A DNA stretch of 64,000 nucleotides from Myxococcales bacterium (GTDB taxonomy: Bacteria; Myxococcota_A; Bradymonadia; REDH01), in NCBI GenBank assembly GCA_020633625.1, contig JACKDJ010000023.1, positions 531 through 64,530 on the forward strand, in the 5' to 3' direction. Shown here one piece after another: positions 11,320-20,260 of the stretch. The stretch's first letter is position 1, and each line of letters starts with the position of its first letter. A program made the position numbers and the translations under genes. The notes below the pieces were generated by a model. It was not told the DNA's origin and searched no databases. It was given only the letters and a program-made list of their open reading frames with translations.

Positions 11320-12081
11320 CTACCCCCCAACCAACCGATCCCCCCGATACAACCCCTCCACCCACGCCCACCCCGGCCGACTCCGATACGCGTCCTGCAT
11401 CGCGACTACGTCTGCCGTCAGCGGCACGTTCGGCTGCCAGGGCCGCTCGGCCGGCACCACCAGCGGGGAGAGCAGGGCGGCCGCGGCGAGGTCGGCGCGG
11501 CTCAGGGTGTCGCCTACCAGGTAACGGCGGCCGTCGGAGACGAGGGCGTCGAGCTCGTCGAAGGTGGCGTCGAACCGGGCGCGGGCTTCGGCTACGCGCT
11601 CTGGGCGCAGGCGGTAGAGCTTTCGCAGGCCGAGAGAGACCTGGCTCCAGAGCAGGCGGTAGAAGGTGCCTACCCACCAGGGCTGGCCGGCGGCCCACAG
11701 AGCGATCACGACGTCGGGCTGCTCCAGCAGCATCGCATACAGGACCGCGCGCAGGTCGCGCCCGAACCCGTCGTCGAAGAGCTGCTCCAGCCGGCGCGCT
11801 TCGGCGGCGGCGGCCGGATCGGACGGGGTGAGCGAGCGCGCCGGGTCCCGGGCGTCGGCCCAGTCGATGATCGCGTCGCTGCCCTGCGTCGTTACCCCGT
11901 CGGCGACCAACACCGGAACCCACGACGCCTTCGCGTCGACGCGCCGCAGCGCCAGCCGGTGAAGTCCGGGTGCGAGCGCGACGACGTCGTACTGGTTGCG
12001 GTGGTGGTCAAGCGCCCATCGCGCCTTCTCACAGAAGTGCGACAGCGAGAACTCGAGGAGCCGAGGGCGGGGTGCGGCCAT
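11320..12081 (-). CDS. Glutathione S-transferase family protein
   Basis: In-frame part of ORF 11320..12261, starting at the ATG at 12081 (MAAPRPRLLEFSLSHFCEKARWALD...). It has thioredoxin-like N-terminal and helical C-terminal GST-like segments. Confidence 0.65.
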   Translation of the reverse strand: MAAPRPRLLEFSLSHFCEKARWALDHHRNQYDVVALAPGLHRLALRRVDAKASWVPVLVADGVTTQGSDAIIDWADARDPARSLTPSDPAAAAEARRLEQLFDDGFGRDLRAVLYAMLLEQPDVVIALWAAGQPWWVGTFYRLLWSQVSLGLRKLYRLRPERVAEARARFDATFDELDALVSDGRRYLVGDTLSRADLAAAALLSPLVVPAERPWQPNVPLTADVVAMQDAYRSRPGWAWVEGLYRGDRLVGG

Positions 12082-12115
12082 GTTCGTCTGCTGGGGTGGG
12101 GTTCCGAGGCGCTCC

Positions 12116-13804
12116 CTAGGGCTCGCGAGTCCGTCTGACCAGGGGGGCCCAGCGCCGACAGTCCTCGAGAATGAAGCCGGGGTCGCGCCGAAAGTCCGCC
12201 GCCAGGCCCGATGCGATGTGACGCGCCGCGCGCAAGCCTGGCTCGGCGACGCAGAAGACACCGTCGGTGGCGAAGTACGTGACGTAGCCCGACGAGCGGT
12301 TGCCCCGCATCGTCGCGAACAGCGCGTCGGCGTGGGTCACGATGTCGGCACGCTCGAGCGTGGCGGTCGCGCCTCTAGTCGCCGTCCAGACGAGCGCCGG
12401 CGCCAGAGAGCAGAACGTCGCTAGCGCCTCGGACGCTCGATCGAGCTCGCCGACCTCGGCGTAGCAGAGCGCGAGGTTTAGCCACGCGGCGAACCTCGAT
12501 GGCTTCGCGCCGACCGCGACAAGCAGCTGCTCGATGGCAGCGCGCGGCTCTCCCTGGCGTCTCCGCAGCTCCCCGGTGATGCCGTGTGTCGTCGCCAGAG
12601 GGCTCGGCTCCACGAGGCGGTCGACGCGCTCGAGCAGCCGGTCCGCGTCGCCGAAGTTCCCGGTGAGCATGTGCACGCACGCGAGCCCGACGTGCGCCCA
12701 CCGCGACCGCGCGTACAGCGCCAACGCCCGCTCGAACTCCACCGCCGCCGCCCCGTAGTCGCCAGTCCACAGGTGGATCTCGCCGCAGTAGGTGTGCAGC
12801 AGCTCCGACCCCGGGAACCGGTCCTCGAGGGCGAGAAGGCGCGCACACACCTCGGCCGGCGTCGCGCTCCAGATGTCGGACTGGGTTCGCGTCACCGCGT
12901 CGCGGTCGGCCGGCTTGTCGGGATCCGCCACCGGCTCGGGCGGCGCCGCGCGCTCGTCGCCGGCGATGGAGCGACCTCCCAGGTGCGTCTCCGAGAGCAG
13001 TGTGGCGAGCGCGACGTCGCCGACTCGCATCGCCGCCGACGCTCGCGCCCGCCACGCGTGGTCTGCCCCTCCTGCCGGTGCCGCGAGCCCTGCGATCATC
13101 GCCGACGCCCGCTCGGGGTAGTGCAGCGCGAGGAGCGCGTCGGTGCACAGGTCGACGAGGTGCGGGCGCCGCCCGCAGAGCGCGACAACCGCGTCGGCCG
13201 CCTCGGCGCCACGCCCGAGCGCTGCGTTGGCGACGATGGCGCGCGCCAACGCCGCGGCGTCGCCGTGGGCGCGCGCCGTCGGGTCGAGGATCGCCTCCCA
13301 CCCCCCGCCGCTCGCGTCGGCGAGGTCGGCGGCGGTGGCCCCGAAGCGCAGGAACGCGTCGGGCGCCGCGCGGTCTGTCGCGCGTGTGGAGCTCGTGCCG
13401 GCGGCGAGCGCGCTCAGCGGGCCCGGCGGTGTAGCGTCGGCTGCGCGATGCTCCGAGAGCAGCGCCAAGAGCAGGGCGAGCCGCCTGCGCCGCGCCGCGC
13501 CGAGCGAGTCGAACAGCGCGCGCGCCGCCCGCTCGGCAGGAGTCGTGCGGCGCCCGAACGGCGTGAGGCCAACGTGCTCGTCGACGCACGACGCCGGCTC
13601 GGCGCGGGGCGCGTCGGGCGCTTCGATGAGGAACACGCTCCCGCCGGGCGCCATCAGCAGCAGCGCGCCGCCGCGCGCCTCGATCCGCCATGCCCGCTCG
13701 GGCGGCTCCGTCGGCAGGCCCAGCCACTCGGGGACCACGACGACGGCGGTGCGTCGCGCGTCACCGACCGCGTCGCCGACGACCAGCTCGGGGGTTCGCG
13801 ACAT
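12116..13804 (-). CDS. TPR-repeat protein, function unknown
   Basis: 562-aa ORF. The C-terminal half has repeated TPR-like helices (AAVEFERALALYARSRWAHVGLACVHMLTGNFGDADRLLERV, AWLNLALCYAEVGELDRASEAL). Confidence 0.6.
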   Translation of the reverse strand: MSRTPELVVGDAVGDARRTAVVVVPEWLGLPTEPPERAWRIEARGGALLLMAPGGSVFLIEAPDAPRAEPASCVDEHVGLTPFGRRTTPAERAARALFDSLGAARRRRLALLLALLSEHRAADATPPGPLSALAAGTSSTRATDRAAPDAFLRFGATAADLADASGGGWEAILDPTARAHGDAAALARAIVANAALGRGAEAADAVVALCGRRPHLVDLCTDALLALHYPERASAMIAGLAAPAGGADHAWRARASAAMRVGDVALATLLSETHLGGRSIAGDERAAPPEPVADPDKPADRDAVTRTQSDIWSATPAEVCARLLALEDRFPGSELLHTYCGEIHLWTGDYGAAAVEFERALALYARSRWAHVGLACVHMLTGNFGDADRLLERVDRLVEPSPLATTHGITGELRRRQGEPRAAIEQLLVAVGAKPSRFAAWLNLALCYAEVGELDRASEALATFCSLAPALVWTATRGATATLERADIVTHADALFATMRGNRSSGYVTYFATDGVFCVAEPGLRAARHIASGLAADFRRDPGFILEDCRRWAPLVRRTREP

Positions 13805-13860
13805 GGCCGGATCCTCTCACGCGCCCGCCGCGGCGGTCAACGCGGACGCGCGCTCCAGGC

Positions 13861-13892
13861 TTGACTTCGGCCGTGTTCGCCACGATAGGTAT
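13861..13892 (+). promoter_or_regulatory. Candidate sigma70-type promoter for the beta-oxidation pair
   Basis: TTGACT at 13861-13866, then a 17-nt spacer and a weak -10-like GATAGG at 13884-13889. It lies 46 nt upstream of the ATG at 13938. Pattern match only. Confidence 0.3.
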
Positions 13893-13899
13893 CGCGCAC

Positions 13900-13917
13900 T
13901 GAATGGTCGTTCATTCA
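13900..13917 (+). promoter_or_regulatory. Palindromic operator-like site TGAATG-N6-CATTCA
   Basis: A perfect 6-bp inverted repeat, TGAATGgtcgttCATTCA, lies between the candidate promoter and the start codon of the dehydrogenase/hydratase gene. Confidence 0.4.
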
Positions 13918-13937
13918 CCAACCACCCACTCGGTCAA

Positions 13938-16334
13938 ATGGCCTACGACATTCGGAAAGTCGCCGTCCTCGGCTCGGGCGTGATGGGCAGCGGCATCGCC
14001 GCTCAGCTCACGAACGCGGGGATCCCCTGCCTACTCCTCGACATCGTGCCGCCGAACCCGAAGCCGGGCGACGACGTGACGTCGAAGGCGTTCAGGAACT
14101 CCTTCTCGTCTGGCGCGATCGCGAAGTTCGCGAAGCAGAAGCCGGCCCCGCTCATGTCGAAGCGCGCGCTCGAGATCCTCGAGGTCGGCAACTTCGACGA
14201 TGACATGGGCCGCCTGGCCGAGGTCGACTGGGTCATCGAGGTCGTCGTCGAGAACCTCGCGATCAAGCAGAAGGTTTTTGCGAACGTCGAAGCGAACATC
14301 CGCCCCGGCACGATCGTCACCTCGAACACGTCCGGGCTGTCGATCAAGGGCATGACCGAGGGGCGCGGCGACGACTTCAAGCGCCACTTCCTCGTCACGC
14401 ACTTCTTCAACCCCGTCCGCTACATGAAGCTCCTCGAGCTCGTAGAGGGCGAGGACACCGACCCGGCAGTCACCGCCGCCGTCCACGCGTTCGGCGAAGA
14501 GACGCTCGGCAAGGGCATCGTCTACGGCAAGGACACGACGAACTTCATCGCCAACCGTATCGGCGTGTACGGCATGATGAAGACCATCGAAGAGATGCGT
14601 CGCGCCGAGCTGACCGTCGAAGAGGTCGACAAGATCTTCGGGCCCGCGATGGGGCGCCCGAGCTCCGCGATCTTCCGCACCGGCGACCTCGTCGGCCTCG
14701 ACACGTTCCTGCACGTCGCCAAGAACTGCTACGACACCCTCGTGCACGACGAGGAGCGCGAGGTCTTCCGCGCCCCCGACTTCCTCGAGGCGATGGTCCA
14801 GCGCGGGATGCTCGGCGACAAGTCGGGTGGCGGCTTCTACAAGAAGGCCAAGGGCGCGGACGGCGGCAAGGCGATCCTGTCGCTCTCTCTCGACACTCTC
14901 GAGTACGTCGAACAGAAGAAGGTCCGCTTCGACTCGCTCGGAGCCGTCCGCTCGGTCGACGACGTTCGTAAGCGCGTCGCGATGATGCTCGACGCCGACG
15001 ACACCGCGGCGAAGTTCGCGAAGAAGGTGACGCTCGACGTGCTCGCCTACGCCTCGCGCCGCATCCCCGAGATCGCCGACGACGTGGTCAACGTCGACCG
15101 CGGCATGCGCTGGGGCTTCGGCTGGGACATCGGACCGTTCGAGACGTGGGACGCCATCGGCGTCGAGAAGGGCCTCGCGATGATGGCCGAGCTCGGCATC
15201 GAGCCGGCCGCGTGGGTCAAGGAGATGGTCGCCGCGGGCCGCACGTCGTTCTACGGCGTCGACGGCGCCGCCGACACGTTCTGGGACATCCCCTCGCGCG
15301 CGTCGAAGGTGGCCCCCGAGAGCCGCCGCAACCTGCGCGTCGAGCACCTCAAGCGCACCGGCGGCAAGGTCAAGGAGAACTTCGGCGCCACGCTGTGGGA
15401 CATGGGCGACGACGTCCTCCTCGTCGAGTTCCACACGAAGATGAACGCGATCGACGACGACATCATCGCGATGCTCGACGCCGCCGTCGACGAGGCCGAA
15501 GCCAACTACAAGGGCATCGTCATCGGCAACGACGCGACGCCCGCGTTCTCGGCCGGCGCCAACATCATGGCCCTCCTCATGGGCGCCCGCGGCGGCCAGT
15601 GGGACATGATCCGCAAGATGGTCGGCGACTTCCAGCGCGTGAACCAGCGGCTGCGCTACTCGAAGATCCCCGTCGTCACGGCCCCCGGCGGACTCGCCCT
15701 CGGCGGCGGCGCAGAGGTCACGATGGCCGGCAACGCCGTGCAGGCGAAGTCCGAGCTCTACATGGGCCTCGTCGAGGTCGGCGTCGGCCTCATCCCCGGC
15801 GGCGGCGGCAACCTGCAGATGCTCCGCAACGTCTACGGCAGCTACGCCCTCGACCCCGACTTCGACCCGTTCCCGTTCATCAAGAAGGTCTTCCTCTCGA
15901 TCGGCATGGCGAAGGTCGTGACGTCGGCCGAAGAGGCCAAGGAGGCCGGCTTCCTGAACCCGACCGACGGCATCTCGATGAACGGCGACTTCGCCCTCTT
16001 CGACGCCAAGCAGCGCGCGCTCGGCATGTACGAGGCCGGGTTCCGCCCCCCGCGCCCGTCGCGCTTCCTCCTCCCCGGAACGCACGGCCGCGCGACGATC
16101 GACATGATGCTGTACGACATGCAGCTCAACAACCAGATCTCCGACTACGACCGCCACATCGGCTCCAAGCTCGCCGGCGTCCTCACGGGCGGCGACTGCT
16201 CGCCCACCGTGCCGGTCACCGAGGAGCGCCTGCTCGAGATCGAGCTCGAGGCCTTCCTCAGCCTCTGCGGCGAGGAGCGGACGCACGCCCGCCTGGAGGC
16301 GATGCTGACGACCGGCAAGCCGCTCCGCAACTAG
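13938..16334 (+). CDS. 3-hydroxyacyl-CoA dehydrogenase / enoyl-CoA hydratase bifunctional protein (dehydrogenase domain N-terminal, FadN-type)
   Basis: In-frame part of ORF 13143..16334, starting at ATG 13938 (MAYDIRKVAVLGSGVMGSGIAAQL, a Rossmann GxGxxG). The C-terminal third is crotonase-like (GIVIGNDATPAFSAGANI...GGLALGGGAEV). Confidence 0.85.
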   Translation: MAYDIRKVAVLGSGVMGSGIAAQLTNAGIPCLLLDIVPPNPKPGDDVTSKAFRNSFSSGAIAKFAKQKPAPLMSKRALEILEVGNFDDDMGRLAEVDWVIEVVVENLAIKQKVFANVEANIRPGTIVTSNTSGLSIKGMTEGRGDDFKRHFLVTHFFNPVRYMKLLELVEGEDTDPAVTAAVHAFGEETLGKGIVYGKDTTNFIANRIGVYGMMKTIEEMRRAELTVEEVDKIFGPAMGRPSSAIFRTGDLVGLDTFLHVAKNCYDTLVHDEEREVFRAPDFLEAMVQRGMLGDKSGGGFYKKAKGADGGKAILSLSLDTLEYVEQKKVRFDSLGAVRSVDDVRKRVAMMLDADDTAAKFAKKVTLDVLAYASRRIPEIADDVVNVDRGMRWGFGWDIGPFETWDAIGVEKGLAMMAELGIEPAAWVKEMVAAGRTSFYGVDGAADTFWDIPSRASKVAPESRRNLRVEHLKRTGGKVKENFGATLWDMGDDVLLVEFHTKMNAIDDDIIAMLDAAVDEAEANYKGIVIGNDATPAFSAGANIMALLMGARGGQWDMIRKMVGDFQRVNQRLRYSKIPVVTAPGGLALGGGAEVTMAGNAVQAKSELYMGLVEVGVGLIPGGGGNLQMLRNVYGSYALDPDFDPFPFIKKVFLSIGMAKVVTSAEEAKEAGFLNPTDGISMNGDFALFDAKQRALGMYEAGFRPPRPSRFLLPGTHGRATIDMMLYDMQLNNQISDYDRHIGSKLAGVLTGGDCSPTVPVTEERLLEIELEAFLSLCGEERTHARLEAMLTTGKPLRN

Positions 16335-16416
16335 GCGGGAGCACGCCGGACGTCAGGGCCGCCCACACCGCGGCGGCCCGCTCGACCCCTTACACCTCCA
16401 TCGAAGAGAGCCCGAA

Positions 16417-17586
16417 ATGAGCCAGCCGGTCGTCATCGCCAGCGCGCTGCGAACCCCCTTCACCCGCGCCCGCAAGGGCGAGCTCAAGGACACGCTCCCC
16501 GACGACATGGGCGGCTGGGCCATCAAGGCCGCCCTCGCCGCCGTGCCGAGCCTCGACCCGGCCGACGTCGAAGACGTCGTCCTCGGCTGCGCCATGCCCG
16601 AGGCCGAGCAGGGCAACAACGTCGCGAAGATCTGCGCCGCCGTCGCCGGGCTGCCCACCAGCGTCCCCGCGATGACGATCAACCGCTTTTGCTCGTCGGG
16701 CGTTCAGTCCATCGGCATCGTCGCGCAGGCCATCCAGGCCGGCTCCATCGACTGCGCCGTCGCCGGTGGCACCGAGTCGATGACGATGATCCCCATGGGC
16801 GGCAACAAGTTCTCGACCAACCCGCACCTGCTCGAGACCTACCCCGAGATCTACACGACGATGGGCGCGACGGCCGAGATCGTCGCCGCGCGCTTTGGCG
16901 TCACGCGCGACGAGCAGGACCGCTTCGCCTACGAGTCTCAGCGGCGCGCCGCAGAGGCGCAGGCCGCCGGTCGCCTCGACGACGAGATCTTCGAGGTGCA
17001 CACGCAGATGTTCGACGACAACGGCGAGCGCGTCTCCGTGTCGCTCAAGCGCGACACGATCAACCGCGCCGACACGCAGCTCGAGGGCCTGCAGAAGCTG
17101 CGCCCCGCGTTCAACCCCAAGGGCACCGTCACGGCCGGCAACGCGTCGCCGCTGACCGACGGCGCCGCCGCTGCCGTCGTCATGAGCCAGGCCAAGGCCG
17201 CCAAGCTCGGCGTCACGCCGCTCGGCTTCTTCCACGACATCCAGGTCGCCGGCGTCCCGCCCGAGATCATGGGCACGGGCCCCGTCCCGGCGATCCGCAA
17301 GCTGCTCGCCAAGAACGGCCTCACGACCGCTGACATCGACGTCTACGAGATCAACGAGGCGTTCGCCGCGCAGGCCGCGTACTGCGTCCGCGAGCTCGGA
17401 CTCGACCCGGCGAAGGTCAACCCGAACGGCGGCGCGATCGCCCTCGGTCACCCGCTCGGCGTCTCGGGCACGCGCATGACCGCCACGCTCCTGCGCGAGC
17501 TGAAGCGTCGCGGCGGCAAGTACGGCGTCGTGTCGATGTGCATCGGTGGCGGCATGGGTGCTGCCGCGCTGTTCAGCGTCGAGTAG
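16417..17586 (+). CDS. fadA: Acetyl-CoA C-acyltransferase (3-ketoacyl-CoA thiolase)
   Basis: 389-aa ORF. It has the thiolase active-site Cys region (TINRFCSSGVQS), NEAFAAQ, GGAIALGHPLG and a C-terminal CIGGGMGAA. Confidence 0.9.
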   Translation: MSQPVVIASALRTPFTRARKGELKDTLPDDMGGWAIKAALAAVPSLDPADVEDVVLGCAMPEAEQGNNVAKICAAVAGLPTSVPAMTINRFCSSGVQSIGIVAQAIQAGSIDCAVAGGTESMTMIPMGGNKFSTNPHLLETYPEIYTTMGATAEIVAARFGVTRDEQDRFAYESQRRAAEAQAAGRLDDEIFEVHTQMFDDNGERVSVSLKRDTINRADTQLEGLQKLRPAFNPKGTVTAGNASPLTDGAAAAVVMSQAKAAKLGVTPLGFFHDIQVAGVPPEIMGTGPVPAIRKLLAKNGLTTADIDVYEINEAFAAQAAYCVRELGLDPAKVNPNGGAIALGHPLGVSGTRMTATLLRELKRRGGKYGVVSMCIGGGMGAAALFSVE

Positions 17587-20032
17587 CCGGCGGCGCCGCG
17601 ACCGCGGCCCGCAAGAGCTCAATCGCGGTCGCCCGGCCGCGCGGGGTGACCAGATCGACGGGGCCGACGCAGCTCGGGCACCCGTCGCTGCACGTGCAGC
17701 CCTCGATCAGCTCGAGCGCGCCGCGCAGCAGCGGGTCGTGCAGCGCAAACAGCTTCTCGCTGAACCCGATGCCGCCCGGGCAGTTGTCGTAGAGGTAGAC
17801 CGTCGGGTCGTCGAGCAGCGCCGCGCCGATCGGCGACGCATCCTCTGCCTCTGAAGCGATCCACGACGCCTGATCCGCCGCCGACTGACCGTTCGCGACG
17901 CGATATGGCGTCGCGTCTGGCGCCGCGTCTGGACGTGACCCGAGCGTGACGTGCAGGTCGTGCGACGCACACATCAGGTGCACGAGCGCAACGGTGTGCA
18001 GCGCGCGGCCAACGCCGTGCAGCGCGCCGCTGATCGCCGTCGCATCGGCGTCGATCGTCTCGAGCAGCGAGGTCGGGAACGTCGCCCAGTACGCGGTCGT
18101 GTGCTTCTCGAGGTCGGGGAGGTGGATCTCGCCGTAGCCGATGTTCTCGAACGTCTTGAACCGGATCTTCTTGTAGCCGGTGAAGCGAGTCAGCACGCGG
18201 ACCTCGCCCCAGCCGCGGTCTGCGCGCGACGTGTGGTCCGGCAGCTCGTCGCTCTCGTCGAGGCGGTCGAGGACGAAGACGCGCGTTTGGTCGATGGCCT
18301 GCGTGAAGTACTCCGGCTCGACGCGCCGGACGTAGGCCTTGCGCTCGCGGTAGTCGAGGCGGTGCACCTCGTAGAACAGCGCGGAGTGCGTGTAGATCGC
18401 GTTCAGGTGAACGGTCTTGTGGGCGGCCTCGAAGTCGATCTCGCCGAGTATGGTCGGCGCCTGCTCACGCGACGTGTCGATGATGACGAAGTTCTCGTCG
18501 TGGATGTCGCGAATGTTGATCGTGTTTGCCGGATAACCCTCGGCCGACCAGCGCCAGCGCTCGCCATCGAACGTCAGCAGGCGCGCCTCTTCGGCGAGGT
18601 ACGCGAGCACGTCTTGCGTGTCGTCGGCCGACACGCCACCAAACTGCTCGTCGCCACCCATCGGGAGCTCGAACACCGAGCACTTCAGGTGCTCGGCGAG
18701 GATGCGGAGGTTGTCGGGGTCGATGCGCGCGTGCTCCGGTGTCGCGCCGAAGAAGTACTCGGGGTGGTTGACCAGGTACTGATCGACGGGGTCGTCGCCG
18801 GCCACGAGGATCGCGACCGACGTCGTCTGCCGTCGCCCCGCGCGCCCCGCCTGCTGCCACGTCGACGCGATCGTCCCCGGGTATCCGGCGATGACGCACA
18901 CATCGAGGCTCCCGATGTCGATGCCGAGCTCCAGCGCGTTCGTAGAGACGACACCCTGGACGTCGCCGGCGCGCAGGCCCCGCTCGATGCGGCGGCGCTC
19001 GTCCGGGAGGTAGCCGCCGCGGTAGCCCTCCGTGCGCTGGGCGAGGCGACGCTCGCCGCGCGCCTCGAAGCCCTCCTTGAGCTTGCGCGACACGATCTCG
19101 ACCTCGCGGCGCGACCGCGTGAACACGATCGCGTGGTGCCCGGCGCGCATGAACTTTGCCGCCAGCGTTCGCGCCGCGGAGCTCGGCGACTGCCGTCGGC
19201 GCTGCTCGGCGTCGACGATCGGCGGGTTCCACAGCAAGAACTGCTTCTCTCCGGTCGGCGCCCCGTTGCGCTGCACGACGACCGCGTCGCGCCCGGTCAG
19301 CGAGTGCGCCAGCTCGCCAGGGTTCGCGATCGTCGCCGACGTGAACACGAAGCGCGGCGACGAGCCGTAGTGCGCGCAGATCCGCTGTAGACGGCGGAGG
19401 ATGTTTGCGACGTGCGAGCCAAACACGCCGCGGTACGTGTGCATCTCGTCGACGACGACGACCCGCAGCGTCGAGAACAGCCGCCGCCAGCGCTCGTGGT
19501 TCGGGAGGATCGACGCGTGCAGCATGTCTGGGTTCGTCAGGACCGCCCGCGCCGCTTCGCGCACCCGCCGCCGCACGTCGACCGGCGTGTCGCCATCGTA
19601 GACCGACGCGATCTCGTCGAGCTGGGCGGCGCCCAGCAGCTCGTTCAGCTCGGCGCACTGGTCCTGAGACAGCGCCTTCGTCGGGTACAGGTATAGCGCG
19701 CACCCGTCCCCCGTCTCGCCGAGCATCGAGACGATCGGGACGTTGTAGCACAGCGTCTTTCCCGACGCGGTCGGGGTAACGACGACGACGTCGCGCCCCG
19801 CGCCCACCGCGGCCCACGCGTCCGCCTGATGCTGGTACGGCGCCGTGATCCCCCGCTTCGCAAGCACCGCGCGCAGCCAGGCCGGCACCGACGCAGGATA
19901 CTCGGCCGTCACCGCCGGGCGAGCGGGGATGCGGTGCGCCGCGGTCACGCAGCCGTGCGAGCGCCCGGTGCCGAGCGTCGCGACGAGCGCGTCGATCGAC
20001 GAGCCCTGGGTCGGAGGAGCGTTGCGTGCCAT
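17573..20032 (-). CDS. DEAD/DEAH-box helicase with C-terminal DUF1998/Zn-cluster domain (MrfA/YprA-like)
   Basis: ORF 17573..20116; the start is taken at the ATG at 20032, and 20116 is also possible. It has Walker A (TPTASGKTLCY), DExH (VVVDEMHTYRG), and a C-terminal four-Cys cluster (IEGCTCSDGCPSCVGP). Its 3' end overlaps the thiolase stop by 14 nt (convergent). Confidence 0.8.
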   Translation of the reverse strand: MARNAPPTQGSSIDALVATLGTGRSHGCVTAAHRIPARPAVTAEYPASVPAWLRAVLAKRGITAPYQHQADAWAAVGAGRDVVVVTPTASGKTLCYNVPIVSMLGETGDGCALYLYPTKALSQDQCAELNELLGAAQLDEIASVYDGDTPVDVRRRVREAARAVLTNPDMLHASILPNHERWRRLFSTLRVVVVDEMHTYRGVFGSHVANILRRLQRICAHYGSSPRFVFTSATIANPGELAHSLTGRDAVVVQRNGAPTGEKQFLLWNPPIVDAEQRRRQSPSSAARTLAAKFMRAGHHAIVFTRSRREVEIVSRKLKEGFEARGERRLAQRTEGYRGGYLPDERRRIERGLRAGDVQGVVSTNALELGIDIGSLDVCVIAGYPGTIASTWQQAGRAGRRQTTSVAILVAGDDPVDQYLVNHPEYFFGATPEHARIDPDNLRILAEHLKCSVFELPMGGDEQFGGVSADDTQDVLAYLAEEARLLTFDGERWRWSAEGYPANTINIRDIHDENFVIIDTSREQAPTILGEIDFEAAHKTVHLNAIYTHSALFYEVHRLDYRERKAYVRRVEPEYFTQAIDQTRVFVLDRLDESDELPDHTSRADRGWGEVRVLTRFTGYKKIRFKTFENIGYGEIHLPDLEKHTTAYWATFPTSLLETIDADATAISGALHGVGRALHTVALVHLMCASHDLHVTLGSRPDAAPDATPYRVANGQSAADQASWIASEAEDASPIGAALLDDPTVYLYDNCPGGIGFSEKLFALHDPLLRGALELIEGCTCSDGCPSCVGPVDLVTPRGRATAIELLRAAVAAPPATRR

Positions 20033-20260
20033 GGTCGCCGTGAGCTGCAGAGGCGGCGCGCCGGGAGTCGCGGTCACGCCCACCGCCAAGCTCGCTCGCG
20101 ACGCATGGCTGGTCAAGTGTTCAGTGTTGCGACTGCGTCACGTACAACTCACGCGGTCCACACGTGGATCCGGGGTGGCGCTGCTCGCCGGCCTGTGGCA
20201 GGTAGCCCGGCCCAGGTAGCCCACCCTCGGGCGAGATGCCCGCGCGACCCCCGGTGCCGC

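Noticed and set aside
13143-13937. N-terminal 265-aa extension of the dehydrogenase/hydratase ORF (13143..16334)
   Set aside because: The extension is antisense to the TPR gene and is Ala/Ser/Arg-rich. The conserved Rossmann N-terminus begins right at ATG 13938, behind a promoter- and operator-like region.
14031-16286. Very long antisense ORFs opposite recognised genes (14031..16286, 33933..36401, 46784..49165, 17951..19390, 22256..23362, 7465..8457, 61985..63412 and others)
   Set aside because: Their translations are Arg/Ala/Gly/Asp-rich with no recognisable motifs, while the opposite strand encodes clear families (FadN-type, aconitase, VIT-vWA, helicase, YgiQ). These are typical shadow ORFs of high-GC DNA.
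17573-20116. DUF1998 helicase as a DISARM (DrmA/DrmB) component
   Set aside because: The helicase and DUF1998/Zn-cluster are fused in one MrfA/YprA-type polypeptide. No PLD, methylase or other Drm genes are adjacent; the neighbours are a thiolase and a methyltransferase-fold lipoprotein.
20196-20235. Possible solitary REP-like copy (GGTAGCCCGGCCCAGGTAGCCCACCCTCGGGCG) upstream of the methyltransferase gene
   Set aside because: It shares only GGTAG and CCCTCGGGCG fragments with the array motif, and the full 15-mer core is absent. It is too weak to call without genome-wide statistics.
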